This document shows, piece after piece, positions 49,957-64,000 of a DNA stretch of 64,000 nucleotides. The stretch covers positions 71,728,224 through 71,792,223 of the forward strand of contig OX597832.1 in the NCBI GenBank assembly GCA_951406725.2. Direction: 5' to 3'. The notes below the pieces were generated by a model, which was not told the origin of the DNA, made no database searches, and saw only the letters and a program-made list of their open reading frames with translations. The DNA is from Octopus vulgaris. Lineage: Eukaryota. A program made the translations under genes and the position numbers. Every line of letters starts with the position of its first letter. Positions within the stretch are counted from its first letter, which is position 1.

Positions 49957-51032
49957 CACGCATTATATATACAAATGTATACAAATGAGATATATATCTG
50001 TATAAATTAAATTAGAGATAAAACCACTAATAGGCAAATCAAACAGTGAAAAACCAAAAACAAAAACATTAAAAAAAATATAATATAGAAAATATAGAAA
50101 ATATAAAATTGAAAAATTTAAATTATTTAAATTGAAAATAAAAATTATTAAATTATATTTATAATTTGTTTAAAAATATATATAACTATGAAAAAGTATA
50201 ATATACATAAATACAGATATATACACTTTGTATATATACATTATATATACATATTTATATATAGAACACACACACACACACACACTATATATACATATTT
50301 ATATATAGAACACACACACACACACACATATAAATGAACGCAAGAATATCTGATTCATAATATTTGATAAAATTGAAAAATTTAAATCATTTAAATTTAA
50401 AATAAAAATTAAAAATATTTATAATTTGTTTAAAAATATATATAACTATCAAAAAGTATTAAAAAGTTTAATATACATAAATACAGATATATACACTTTG
50501 TATATATACATTATATATACATATTTATATATCGAACACACACACACACACATATAAATGAACGCAATGAATATCTGATTCATAATATTTGTTCTCATGA
50601 TTGTGTGTTGTTGGTAGCGATGATAATTCTCCCTATGAATGCAGGCAGATACATCAAAGAAAGCCGTCTGACGAACTTATAAAGGGAAAGTGAAAGGGAG
50701 TTGAGGGGAATACATTAAATAACGGGAGTGGACTTCTCAAAGTTATCAATGAAGGGGAGTAAGAGAGGGAAAGGAGGAAATAGCGTGAGTGAGGAAGATG
50801 GCCCCTAGCAACCACACCTTTTAAGATAGGGATTTCTAAGGTAGCCCACGAGCATTGTCACCTCATTCTACATGTCCCTGTAAATTTTGGAGCGAATCGG
50901 ACGGGATGTAGTGGCATTGAAAGAGATCCAAGCGGTAAAAACGCATTTCAGTTTTATATATATACTAGCTGAAGGTGACCCGCTCTACGCGCGGGTAAGA
51001 GTGTGGTTGTTACTTTCTGTTGCTTCCTTTCA

Positions 51033-51337
51033 GCACGTAAAAAGCACCATCCGAACGTGGCGGATTGCAGTGCCGCCTTGACTGGCTTCTGTGCTGGTGG
51101 CACGTAAAAAGCACCAACCGATCGTGGCCGCTGCCAGCCCCCTGGCACCTGTGCAGGCGGCACGAAAAAAGCACCCACTACGCTCACAGAGTGGTTGGCG
51201 TTAGGAAGGGCATCCACCTGTCGAAACACTGCCAGATCAGACTGGAGCCTGGTGCAGCCTCCTGGCTTCCCAGACCCGTCAAACTGTCCAACCTGTGCTA
51301 GCACGGAAAACGGACGTTAAACGATGATGATGATGAT
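51033..51337 (+). mobile_element. RTE 3' UTR fragment with (GAT)n tail, inserted in a Helitron unit
   Basis: Matches the RTE 3' UTR at ~33610-33980. Confidence 0.9.
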
Positions 51338-52029
51338 TCTCCCTCTTTGTTTCTTTCTCCTTTCTCTCTCACTTTCCCACTCTCTTACTCTTCCTTTCTC
51401 TCGGACTCTCTCTCGCTTTCTCTTACTCTCTATCTTTATGTATCTCTCTCCCATTTATAAACAACAAAAGATCTTGAGTAAGTTGAGAAATAAAATATTT
51501 AGAAAGATCAATCATAAATATCAGGCAGTTACAAAGGAAAGGTCTGCTTCAAGACAGACAGCAAAACACTAACATTTAAAAGGGACAGACGAACTTGCGA
51601 GCTGAATAAAAATAATAAAATATTGGAAACCAAAGTTTGAAGGGATAGAATTTGAGGATAGTAGAGTCACCATGGCTGACATTTCTTAACGACGGACAGC
51701 AACGTATTGACAGTTCAACGGCTGGCGTAAAAGTTTGAACTTGATGTTAAAGAAAATCCCTAAAAACCAAGTTTTGACTTGATTCTTTCTCACGACAGTA
51801 GACTCACGATGGCAAGCATTCAAAACTTCTTCATCATGGACGGCAACACATTGACGATTAAAAGGCTGGAGCAAATTTTTTAGCTTGATGTAACAGAGAA
51901 TTGCTAAACACCCGCTCCTTTAAATTTTAATCCCCTTCCAGCCCCATTTATACCCCTTTTCACCTTTTGGTTAATATAACCCAATTTAATTTGGGTCTAC
52001 TGGGGCCACATTTTATAAGATGAGGACAC

Positions 52030-52223
52030 AACCAAGTTTCCCAAGTTCTGGTCATAGACCATAGAACACTCAACCAAGTTTCCCGATTTCTGGTCATAGA
52101 CCATAGAACAGTCAAGCAAGTTTCCCGAGTTCTGGTCATAGACCATAGAACACTCGACCAAGTTTCCCGAGTTCTGGTCATAGACCATAGAACACTAAAC
52201 TAAGTTTCCCGAGTTCTGGTCAT
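52030..52223. repeat. 42-bp minisatellite, about 4.6 copies
   Basis: Unit caagtttcccgagttctggtcatagaccatagaacactcgac. Confidence 0.92.
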
Positions 52224-52469
52224 TTGCAGAATAAATAGAGACGGCAGAGGTGGCAGACGTCGTTGTAATGTAAACATGATTTGTTATAAGAGAAAGATTG
52301 TCCAGATTGTGTGTTGGTGGTGTTGGTGGTGGCGATGATAATTATCATTAGGAAAAAGAGTGAGTGAGTGAGGAAGACATACATAAGTTGTGGCAATGAT
52401 AATTGTAGACCCCTTTTCACATTTTGATGAAGAGAACCCGATTTCATTCGGGTGTACTGGGGCTACATA

Positions 52470-52501
<32 letters not shown>

Positions 52502-52606
52502 CACGCTGTAGAAATTAAATTAGAGATAAAACCACTAATAGGGAAATGAAACAGTAAAAAACCAAAAGCAAAAACATAAAAATAAAAATATAATATTAGA
52601 TATATG

Positions 52607-52643
<37 letters not shown>

Positions 52644-53129
52644 GTTGACAGGTAGACAATAGAATGCGATGGCGATGGGGATGGCCAGTAATATTTGTTA
52701 CTGTCCATGAACGCTGAGAGATACATGAGTAAAATGTATAGGAAGGTAAGAGATAGAGTGAGTGAAAATGTTCTTGGAAGAGAGTAAATAGCTACAGAGT
52801 GATTTGAGGAAGACTTTACATTAAATAACGGTAGTTGCATTGTCAAATGAAGAGGAGTGACAGAGTACTGGAGGAAATAGGGTGAGGTAGGAAGATGGCC
52901 CCTAGCAACCACACCTTTTAAGATAGGGATTTCTAAGGTAGCCCACGAGCATCGTCACCTCATTCTACATGTCCCTGTAAATTTTGGAGCAAATCGGACG
53001 GGATGTAGTGGCATTGAAAGCGAACCAAGCGGTAAAAACGGGATAGAGATATATATATATATATGTGGCATTGATTATACTGAGTGGACAAACAAAAATA
53101 GACACTGCCTAGTGGTTTTTTTTTTTATT

Positions 53130-53425
53130 TTGAAAGCCTGGTACTTATTCTATCAATTTCTTTTCAGTAAGTTATATATAAACACCAGTTGTGAAGTTGT
53201 GAAGCAGTGATGAGGGAGAGACACAAAGATATACACATAGACTTACATATATACATACATATATATACAATTGATTGCTTTCAGTTTTTATGTACAAGAT
53301 CCACTGACAAGGCTTTGGTTGGTCTGAGGCTATAGCAGAAGACACATGCCAAGTCACCACACAGTGGGACTGAACTCAGGACCATGTGTTTTGGAACCAA
53401 GTTTGTTACCACACAGCCACACCTG
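53130..53425 (-). mobile_element. Decayed SINE
   Basis: Similar to 56257-56556; tRNA-like head at the right end. Confidence 0.7.
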
Positions 53426-54098
53426 CACCTATGTGTGTATGGGTGTATATATGTATGCATGTATATATGTGTATATAGACAGCAAAACGCTAACATTCAA
53501 AAGGGACAGACGAACTTGCGAGCTGAATAAAAATAATAAAATATTGGAAACCAAAGTTTGAAGGGATAGAATCTGAGGATAGTAGAGTCACCATGGCTGG
53601 CATTTGTTAACGACGGACAGCAACGTAGTGACAGTTTAACGGCTGGCGTAAAATTTTGAACTTGATGTAAAAGAAAATTCGTAAACACCAAGTTTTGAAG
53701 TGATTCTTTCTCACGACAGTAGACTCACCATGGCAAGCATTCAAAACTTCTTTATCATGGACGGCAACACATTGACGATTAAAAGGCTGGCGCAAATTAG
53801 TCATTTAGCTTGATGCAACAGAGAATTCCTAAACACCCGCTCTTTGAAATTATAATCCCCTTCCAGCCCCATTTAGACCCCTTTTCACATTTTGGTTAAT
53901 ATAACCCGATTTCATTCGGGCTGTTCGGCTTTGGCGGTACATACGTTTATAAGATGAGGAATTTTGTCCTAGAGGTCACGCCTTTCATTTGAGGAACGAA
54001 ATAGTTGTGATGCAAACTTGTCAGCACCTTTAACATAGGTGTGCATATTTTCAGGTGAATCGACCAACTACGTACGCACACATATATATATATATGTG

Positions 54099-54134
<36 letters not shown>

Positions 54135-54277
54135 CACGCATTATATATACAAATGTATACAAATGAGATATATATCTGTATAAATTAAATTAGAGATAAA
54201 ACCACTAATAGGCAAATCAAACAGTGAAAAACCAAAAACAAAAACATAAAAAAAGAAAATATAACATAGAAAATATA

Positions 54278-55311
54278 TCTATATATATAAAACTGTAGTT
54301 GTGTGAGTGTCTGTCCCCTTTCGATTTAGATTCCTAACTACTCCCAAATTTTGCGGTGCAGTTTAACCAAATTCGGGTATCTTATAGTCATGATTCATAT
54401 CGAGCCCGTCTGGGTATTAGCGCGCGTCTACGATGAGTCTACGATTTTAAAAATAATTTAACATTTTTTATTCCATTTTAATGCATATTTTTTCGTGTGT
54501 CGATGGCGGCGGAGTTGGCGTCCACGCTCACGCCTGAACCTGTGTTGCTTCTCCCCCTTCTTCCCTCCTCGTAAAGCTGTGGGGAAGGGAGTGTAAGGAA
54601 ATCAACGTCGTAATGCGTTGTGAAGGAGACCAGCGTTCTTTTAGAACAACGACTTCATGGCTTGAAGTCGCCAAAACAGAGATCGCTAAAAAAGCTGAAA
54701 CAGATCCACAACAAAACGGCAAAACCGCCACCGCCACACAGGTTTCCTGTGCAAACAATTTGCACAACCGAATGTTTTAGTTGTTGCACAAATCTTTATA
54801 TATAAAAGTAAGGTTGTGTGTCTGTCTCCTACGATTTAGATTCCTAACTACTCCCACATTTTGCGGTACAGTGTAACCAAAACCGGGTATCTTATAGTCG
54901 TGATTCATATCGAGCCCTTCTGGGTATTAGCGCGCGTCTACGATGAGTCTACGATTAAAAAAAAAATTACCATCATTTTTTATTCCATGTTGTAATGGAT
55001 TTTTCGCTATTATATAAGGGAAGTAACTCTCTAAAAATGTCTACGATGAGTCAATGATTATTACCATCCATTAAGTTACTTTATTCCATTTATTTTTTTA
55101 TGTTCCATTTTTAATGCTATCGCTATTATATAAGGGAAGTAACTCTTGTAAAAATGTCTACGATGAGTCAACGATTTAAAAAAAAGAAATTACAATCATT
55201 TTTTATTCCATCTTTAATGCATTTTTTGCTATTTTTTTTGCTATAACTCACTAAAAATGTTTATATAGTTATTTCCTTACAAACCCGAGCAACGCCGGGC
55301 GATACTGCTAG
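54278..55311 (+). mobile_element. Nested non-autonomous Helitron
   Basis: A|TCTATATATATAAAACTG start; cccgagcaacgccggg hairpin, then CTAG|T end; no TSD. Confidence 0.9.
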
Positions 55312-56175
55312 TAAAATATAAAATTGAAAACTTTAAATTATTTAGGAGTGTGAAAATGAAAAACTATTAAATTATTATTTATAATTGTTTAAAAAATAAA
55401 AATTATTAAATTGATATTTAAAGTTTAAAAATAAATACCAAATATATAGAAAAACTTTGTATAATATACATTACATAAACATACATTTATATATATAGAA
55501 CACATTCACACACACATACATTATATATACATATTTATATATATAGAACACACACACACACATACATTATATATGTATATATATATATAGAACACACACA
55601 CACACATACATTATATATACATATATTATATATAGAACACACACACATACATATATATATATATATTATATATATAGATATATATAGAACACACACACTA
55701 CATGTATATACATATACACATATATATATATAGAACACACACACACACATATATACACATATAAATGAACGCAAGAATATCTGATTCATAATATTTGTTC
55801 TTATGCTGGTGTGTTGATTGTTGGTGACAGACATATACTTAAAAGAACGTCGTCGAAGTGATAGGAAGGTAGGAAACAGAGTCAGTGAAAAAGAAAGGAA
55901 ATAGCGATAGTGACAGATACTTTAAATAACCGTAGTGGACTTCTGAAAGTTATGAAGAGGAGTGACAGAGTACTGGAGGAAATAGGGTGAGGTAGGAAGA
56001 TGGCCCCTAGCAACCACACCTTTTAAGATAGGGATTTCTAAGGTAGCCCACGCGCATCGTCACCTCATTCTACATGTCCCTGTAAATTTTGGAGCGAATC
56101 GGACGGGATGTAGTGGCATTGAAAGCGATCCAAGCGGTAAAACGCATATATCAGTTTTATATATAGAGAGATATA

Positions 56176-56216
<41 letters not shown>

Positions 56217-56256
56217 TCTTTATATGTTTATATATGTATATATATATATATGTATA

Positions 56257-56412
56257 CCGCCTTTAATCGAGCAACTCGACCCCGGGACTTATTGCTTTTG
56301 TAAGCCCAGTACTATATTCTATCGGTCTCTTTTGCCGAACCGCTAAGTAACGGGGACGTAAACACACCAGCATCGGTTGTCAAGCAATGCTAGGGGATAA
56401 ACACAGACACAA

Positions 56413-56454
<42 letters not shown>

Positions 56455-56556
56455 GGGCTTCTTTCAGTTTCCGTCTACCAAATCCACTCACAAGGCATTG
56501 GTCGGCCCGGGGCTATAGTATATAGACACTTGCCCAAGATGCCACGCAGTGGACTG
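56257..56556 (-). mobile_element. SINE body
   Basis: Same family as 28363-28503; internal CA/TA microsatellite. Confidence 0.85.
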
Positions 56557-56619
56557 TATATATATGTAGTTGGTATATATGTATATATATATATGCCTAT
56601 ATACATATATGTATATATA

Positions 56620-57240
56620 TACCTCTTCCCTATACCGACCTCCCCTCTTTCAAACGAGCCCACAACCTTCGTAGACCTTTTGGTCCATAGCTCCTTCCCT
56701 GACCCTATCCCATATATATATATATCCCGCCCACGTATGCCACTTGCCCTCTTCCTCTCCAACACCACCCGCCTCACTAGCACCCACCATATATATCCCA
56801 CAACCTTCGAGACCTCCAGCAATATTATATATTGCATCTGACCCTGCTCTCTCTGCAATATCCTTGTACATCGGACTTGCCCTTACCTCTCCAACACCAC
56901 CGGTCACTATGCACATCCACCATGCGACCCTATCCCATCATCCACACCGGTCTCACCTGCACCTCCAGCATCCGCTCCACCGGTCATATCTATTGCATAC
57001 ACCTATCTGTGTTCTCGGTTTGTCCTGTACATCGGACAAACGGGAGGCCATATTCCCGTTTGCGCCGTGAACATGTATATATTAATGTATACACCGGTCT
57101 CACGCTCTTATACGCTCCATTTGGTCTCAACTCTCCCCCTCCTGTCTCGGTTCCCCCCTCCTCCTATACACAGAGGCCATATATATATGTATATGTCCTT
57201 CATCCTTTCACCCCTACCACCCTATTCCCTATATATCCCT
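56620..57240 (+). mobile_element. Penelope-like element remnant (GIY-YIG region), TA-corrupted
   Basis: DLLVHSS, TSSNIIYCI, LTCTSS, tacatcggacaaacgggagg = YIGQTGR. Confidence 0.6.
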
Positions 57241-57429
57241 CTCATATATATGTATATATATGTATATATATATGCCACCTATATATTCACTGATATTATA
57301 TATATAGTATATATATGTACCTATATACCTATATGTATATCTATATGATCCCGGAAAGCAGCTTGTCTCGATGTATTTTTGTATATATATCCACATCCAC
57401 ATCATGTTCATCTGGATCTTAGCAGCTTG

Positions 57430-57995
57430 TCTCGATGTATTTGTTGAACAATGTCCACATCCGCATCATGTATTACAGTATCTGCTCCTTACCCTGGATG
57501 TGGAAGACGGGACCTTTGGCACCACACAGTGACGTCCTGTACGGGGATGTGGAACACGGGACTCTCACACAGTGACGTCTTGTACGGGGATATATATATG
57601 GTGCTAGTCCCTCCAGGATTTTCCATATGTATATCACTGCATATCTCGTCTTCTTCGTTCCAAGGAGTACAAATTGAGTTCCCTCAGCCTCTCCCAATAG
57701 TTCTTTTCTTTCATGGTGGAAATCCTCTTGGTGAAATGTCTTTGGATTGTCTCAAGCTCTGTGGTTAGTTTGACACTATGCGGTGACCACAGTTGGGAGC
57801 AGTAGTCCAGGCGGCTTAGGACAAATGTCCTCCATAGTGTCAACATGGTCTCGCAGTCTCTTGTCCGGAATGTCCTCAGGATCCAGCCAGTAAGTCGTCT
57901 GCACATTGTCGCCACCTTCGCGATGTGTGAAGAAAAAGATGCATCGTCACTCATGTCTATCCCCAGGTCCCGTATTGATTTCGATACTGGGATAC
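57430..57995 (-). mobile_element. 3' fragment of a CR1/L2-group LINE
   Basis: [34 protein letters not shown]. Confidence 0.9.
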
Positions 57996-57999
57996 TGGG

Positions 58000-58937
<938 letters not shown>

Positions 58938-59060
58938 CCCTTCCTGGGACGTAGTCAGTCCACCTGTGCATACCTTCCTTCTTATGACACTTGTGAAGAC
59001 CTGTTGAGGCAAGTGCTAATCAAATCAAATGACACTTGTGAAGACCTGTTGAGGCAAGTG

Positions 59061-59095
<35 letters not shown>

Positions 59096-59860
59096 CATAA
59101 TCAAATCAAATCAAAATAGATGAACATCAATGGAATTTGTATCTTTGTGGTACCAATGCCGGTGGCACACAAGAAAACCATCCGAACGTGGCGGTAGCCA
59201 GTACCACATCGACTGGCCTCCGTGCTGTGGGCACGTAACAAACACCATCCGATCGTGGCCGTTCGCCAGCCTCATCTGGCACCTGTGTTGGTGGCACATA
59301 AAAACACCATCCAAAGACCCGGCAAGACTAGTCAGGCATAACCCGTGGCCCCTACCTGGGACGTAGTCAGTCTACCTGTGCATACCTTCCTTCTTATGAC
59401 ACTTGTGAAGACCTGTTGAGGCAAGTATGTGACACTTGTGAAGACCTGTTGAGGCAAGTGTGTGACAGTTGTGAAGACCTGTTGAGGCAAGTGAAAATCA
59501 AACCAAATCAAAATAGATGAACATCAATGGAATTTGTATCTTTGTGGTACCAGTACCGGTGGCACACAAGAAAACCATCCGAACGTGGCCGTAGCCAGTA
59601 CCGCATCGACTGGCCTCCGTGCTGTGGGCACGTAACAAACACCATCCGATCGTGGCCGTTCGCCAGCCTCATCTGGCACTTGTGTCGGTGGCACATAAAA
59701 ACACCATCCGAGCGTGGCCGTCTGCCAGCCTCGTCTGGCACCTGTGTCGGTGGCACATAAAAAAAAAAAACACCATCCGAGCGTGGCCGTTCGCCAGCCT
59801 CGTCTGGCACCTGTGTCGGTGGCACATAAAATCACCCACTACACTCTCGGAGTGGTTGGC
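58938..59860 (+). mobile_element. Tandemly duplicated RTE 3' UTR segments
   Basis: Two copies homologous to 33410-33835, with local repeats of gacacttgtgaagacctgttgaggcaagtg. Confidence 0.88.
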
Positions 59861-60093
<233 letters not shown>

Positions 60094-60176
60094 TTGATTT
60101 TTGATTTTTCCAGTTTCAGCTAATGAGCTGTGGCCATGCTGGGGCACCGCCATTTGGTTTGCTACACGATTTTACC

Positions 60177-60983
60177 TCACGGATGCTTTTTAGCAAACGC
60201 CATCTGATGCATGAGAGAGTTCGATGCAGCTGCCCTTATCTGCACCTCCTGCCGTGAAGTTGGTTCATCCGGGACACCTGACAGGAAGAGGTCCAGTCCT
60301 ACTTTAAAGACATCCGCATCTACACCATGCAGGTCCCTCAGGTTCTTTGGGAGGATATTGAAGAGCTGTGGGCCTCTGAAGCCCAGGCTATCACAATATC
60401 TTGTCCTACATCTTGATGGCAAATTTGGAGTCCTTGGTACTACGCAGTGGCGCCCGGTTCTGGCATTTGTGTGACTCTCGATGCCAAAGTTTGGGACAAG
60501 TCCTTCCAGGATCTTCCAGATATATATTATGGCATATCTTTCTCGCCTACGCTCCAGGGAATAGAGCTTTAATCTCTTGAGTCTTTCCCAGTAGCTCATA
60601 TGCTGCACAGAGGCTATCTTCTTCGTGTAGCTTCGTTGGATCGCCTCAAGTTCTGTGATCAACTTGACACTGGATGGTGACCATAGCTGAGAGCAATAAT
60701 CAAAGTGGATTAGGACAAGTGTCTTCCAGAGGACCATCATGGTTTCTTGTTCTCTTGTTCTAAAGGTTCTAAGAATCCATCCATCCAGCCGTCTACATTT
60801 CATTGCCAGTTTAGCAACATGTACATGAAAGGTCGCGTCATCACTCATGTGAATACCCAAGTCACGCACTGATTGTGCCTCTGGGATTGCAATCCCTCCG
60901 GGTCCAGTGTATTCATTGGGTATTGCATTCAGTTTTGCATGCTGATAGTATAAAGCTTGAAACTTTTCAGCATTGAACTGCAT
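60177..60983 (-). pseudogene. ORF2 C-terminal part of the CR1/L2-group LINE
   Basis: 268-aa ORF with RT thumb and [10 protein letters not shown] motifs. Confidence 0.85.
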
Positions 60984-61859
60984 GCTATTCTTTTCAGCCC
61001 ACTTGTATATTTCGTCCAGCTCACATTGCAGGTGCTTAGTGTCTTCAGGGTTCTGTATTGCCTGTGAGACTTTTGTATCATCTGCATAACTTGTGATCGT
61101 ATCTCCGCGTGGCTGAGGGCATGTCTGAGAGGGCCATGTATGAACAGTAGTGGTCCCAAAACAGTGCCCTGTGGAACACCGCTCACTATTTGCGTGAGTG
61201 GCCCCCTACCACCTGACTTCTATTCTTCAGAAAGTCATGAAGCCATTCTCCCAATTTTCCAACTATGCCAAGATCACGCAGTTTGTGACATATCATTGTG
61301 GAGAGAAAGCCCCTCGATGAGGTTCAGGAGGGACCTCGCCTGTCCCCGTTCACCTCTTGTTATTCCAGGCCCTCGGGCCATCTGACATTGGGTAGATTGA
61401 AGTCTCCCATGAGAAGTACACTTATGTGTTGTTCTAATGTGGTTAGAACTTCTTCTATTTTTAAAAGGCAGTCTTCAAACTTGCCCATATGACTTGGGGC
61501 ATCTGGAGGGCGATATGTAGCACACACAACTACATCAAGTTGCCTTATATGTACAATTAGTGTGTCACACACCGAGTTTGAGTATGACAAAAGGACCTGG
61601 GGTGTGAGGTCCTCACGGATGTACATAGCAACTCCTCCATGACTTCCTTTCTTTCCTGTCGGTCCGTAGTACAACATACTGTGGTATGTGTAATTCCGCA
61701 TCTGCTATGTCCGGTTTCAGATGTGTTTCCGTGAGTGCTATGCATAAGGCTTGATTGCATGCGACAAAGTCTCTCAGGAACGGGACTTTTGTCCTGTTAC
61801 TGTGTGTTAGTAGTCCTCTGATGTTCAGTAGGAGCATCGAGGTGAGGTGTATGCTGTTG

Positions 61860-62721
61860 CCGGTGGTGTCCACCCTGGGTCCATTTGCTGTGGTGGTCTT
61901 GTGAACCTGTGGGCAGTTCCATCTGCGAGCCTTGAGCCTGATGGAGCCAGGTTAGCTGCTGTACAATCTTTTGTGCCATGCACAAAAAAGATTCTTGCTC
62001 AGCAGCTGCCCTTTCAACAACACGTTGGTGGTTTGTGGCACGCACCACATCTGCGTACCTCCGTTTTGGGGCAGGTGGTGCGTGGTCCATCCCTTTTCCT
62101 TTCGGTGGTTGGTTTCTGCGGCAGGGTCCCGGATGTGCAAAGCGGCAGCCTGCACCTTCCTCTCCATGCCGGCAGGCACCTCTCATGTAGAACCTACATA
62201 CCCGTGTGCGCTGCTTGTTTCCATCCTTTTTGGCATATGGATAGTTAGGTTTGCCTTCTATCCTTGGCTGTTTCGTGTTTTGGCTTTTGCCTGAGTTTTA
62301 GTTTTAGTTTTTCCTCCTTTTTTGATTCTTTCATCTCCATGTCCATGGCTTTTGGTGCTGGTAGGAGCATCCGTACACTTGGGTTTACCTCCCGGGCAGG
62401 TTTCTCACTGGAGTTTTCTTCCTGGGCGTCTACCAGGTGGGGGTGACCTTTTTCATCAGCGCCCGCGTCTCCATCCTTGCCATCTTTACTTTGTTCGCGT
62501 TTTTCGCTGTCAAAGATGGCATCCAGCGTGTTAATGTGCGATCTGACAAGTGCGTAGGAGCGTATAAATTCTTGCTTCTTCCGCTCTATTTGAGCTGACG
62601 TCCTTTTGTATCCGCTGCTCTTCAGCGCAGCCGTAATTATGTTATTTGGATTTTCTCCGTCAGCGCATCGCCATCCTCTCAGGAACAACGCCAGTTCGTC
62701 ACTTTTCCAGGTTCTGGACAT
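61860..62721 (-). pseudogene. LINE ORF1 (frameshifted): N-terminal Myb/SANT-like trihelix domain plus CCCH zinc finger
   Basis: MSRTWKSDELALFL...ITAALKSSGYKRTSAQIERKKQEFIRSY; VCRFYMRGACRHGEEGAGCRFAH. Confidence 0.7.
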
Positions 62722-63457
62722 TCTTGATATTTTATCTATCTATCTATCTATCTATCTAATTATATTAATTTATATTAATCTAATAGTGCAATAGGGGGTA
62801 GGGAAGAAATAGAGAAAGAGAGCGTCTATGTACTTAAGGAGAGATTGGGAGCCGAAAGAAGAGAGTAAGAGAGAAGAGGAAGAGGAGAGACTGAGAGCTG
62901 AGAGACTGAGAGATTAAGAGCTGAAAGAGGAGAGTAAGAAAAGAAGAGAGTAATGAAGAGACAAGGAGAAGCGTGAGGGAGAGAACTGAGGAGACAGAGA
63001 GAGAAGGAAGAAATAGGGAAAGAAATATATATATATCTGTCCGTAGAAGATTTCTAAACAAAGCTAATTGCACACACACAAACAGCTAAATAAAACACAC
63101 ACATATACATATGTATACACACACATACATACACATATATACACACGTGTGCACATACACATATATAAACAAGAATAACAAATAGAGAAGTGTATAAAGA
63201 AAAATAAAACAGCTAAAAGAAAACAAGCCAAGAGATCCTCACAGAATTTAAACAGAGAAAAAGAGAAAAAGAAAATATATATTTGTCCGTCGCTACAGAC
63301 AATTTTTTCTAAACTAAACTAATTGCGACTATACTTCTAACACACACATATACATATACATACAAACATATACACACATGTGCGCATACACATATATAAA
63401 CAGAGTAACAAATAATATATAAAAAAAGGTATAACGGATATAACGGTAGGTTATTAC

Positions 63458-63608
63458 GAAATGTAAACAATACGATAGGTTTTTACAGAAATGAAAACAA
63501 TACGATAGGTTTTTACAGAAATGAAAACAATACGATAGGTTTTTACAGAAATGAAAACAATACGATAGGTTTTTACAGAAATGAAAACAATACGATAGGT
63601 TTTTACAG
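63458..63608. repeat. 30-bp tandem repeat, about 5 copies
   Basis: Unit gaaatgaaaacaatacgataggtttttaca. Confidence 0.95.
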
Positions 63609-64000
63609 AGTTTCAGGTAAATGAATTAATGAGAAGGAGTACTTATCTTATAAAAGGTATACGCAGAGGTTTTTTTCCAAAAAGAGAAAAGAAAAACGTT
63701 TTTTTTTTTTGCTGTTAGGATCGACTGGAAATAAATTTAGAAGATTCCACCATGTGCTTTTTCGACAGGAAGAAATCTTGTGTGCGTTGCTAACTTAAGT
63801 GAACAATACTTGACTTGTAGCAAAATATATTGCGGTTTTTAAACAAAATATCCAAGTACACGTCTATAAGGTAACAATTTCTACGTTTTTTATGAGTTTT
63901 CGCCAAATTATTTCGTCGATTTATGCAAACCTTCTTGTTTTTTTTATCACAGAGCAAAGCAACACGTGTTTACTCTACGAAGCCGGAAGTCATATATGCA

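Larger units (their letters stand above)
49640..56167 (-). mobile_element. Three tandem units of a non-autonomous Helitron-like element (~49640-50964, 50965-~53050, ~53478-56167)
   Basis: Shared blocks repeated three times; minus-strand 5' end TCTATATATAAAACTGA at 56167; minus-strand 3' hairpin (acccgc..gcgggt) plus CTAG at 50965-50996. Confidence 0.8.

Noticed and set aside
52030-52223. CRISPR-like periodicity (also 63458-63608 and 18770-18844)
   Set aside because: Contiguous tandem units with no unique spacers, no cas genes, and a eukaryotic context.
63975-63992. ETS motif CCGGAAGT in CpG-richer sequence at the window end
   Set aside because: A single short motif with no downstream context visible.

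Overview
Eukaryotic, AT-rich, repeat-dominated DNA. The SINE, RTE and Helitron repertoire looks like a coleoid cephalopod (Octopus-type) genome; this is inferred from remembered repeat families, not from a search. Host-gene content: (i) a decayed, multi-exon axonemal dynein heavy chain (DNAH1-like) pseudogene on the minus strand (~4.1-30.1 kb), with one exon flipped onto the plus strand; (ii) coding exon 1 of an RBX2/RNF7-like gene at 41583-41739 (+). Neither appears in the ORF track. The rest is transposable elements: a full-length Gypsy-type LTR element (23024-27254, 5-bp TSD) and a truncated relative, RTE, Tx1/L1, R4/Dong-like and CR1/L2-group LINEs, a Penelope remnant, Tc1/mariner remnants, TIR MITEs, SINEs, a tandem/nested Helitron cluster and microsatellites. 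Most notable observations: the LTR element's primer-binding site is the exact complement of nt 1-12 (the 5' end) of tRNA-Phe; a LINE ORF1 combines a Myb/SANT-like (trihelix) domain with a CCCH finger; an integrase fragment sits as a templated insertion with end-joining scars; and snap-back inverted duplications recur from 25 to about 640 bp. All homology calls come from motif recognition by eye, and coordinates of decayed elements are approximate.
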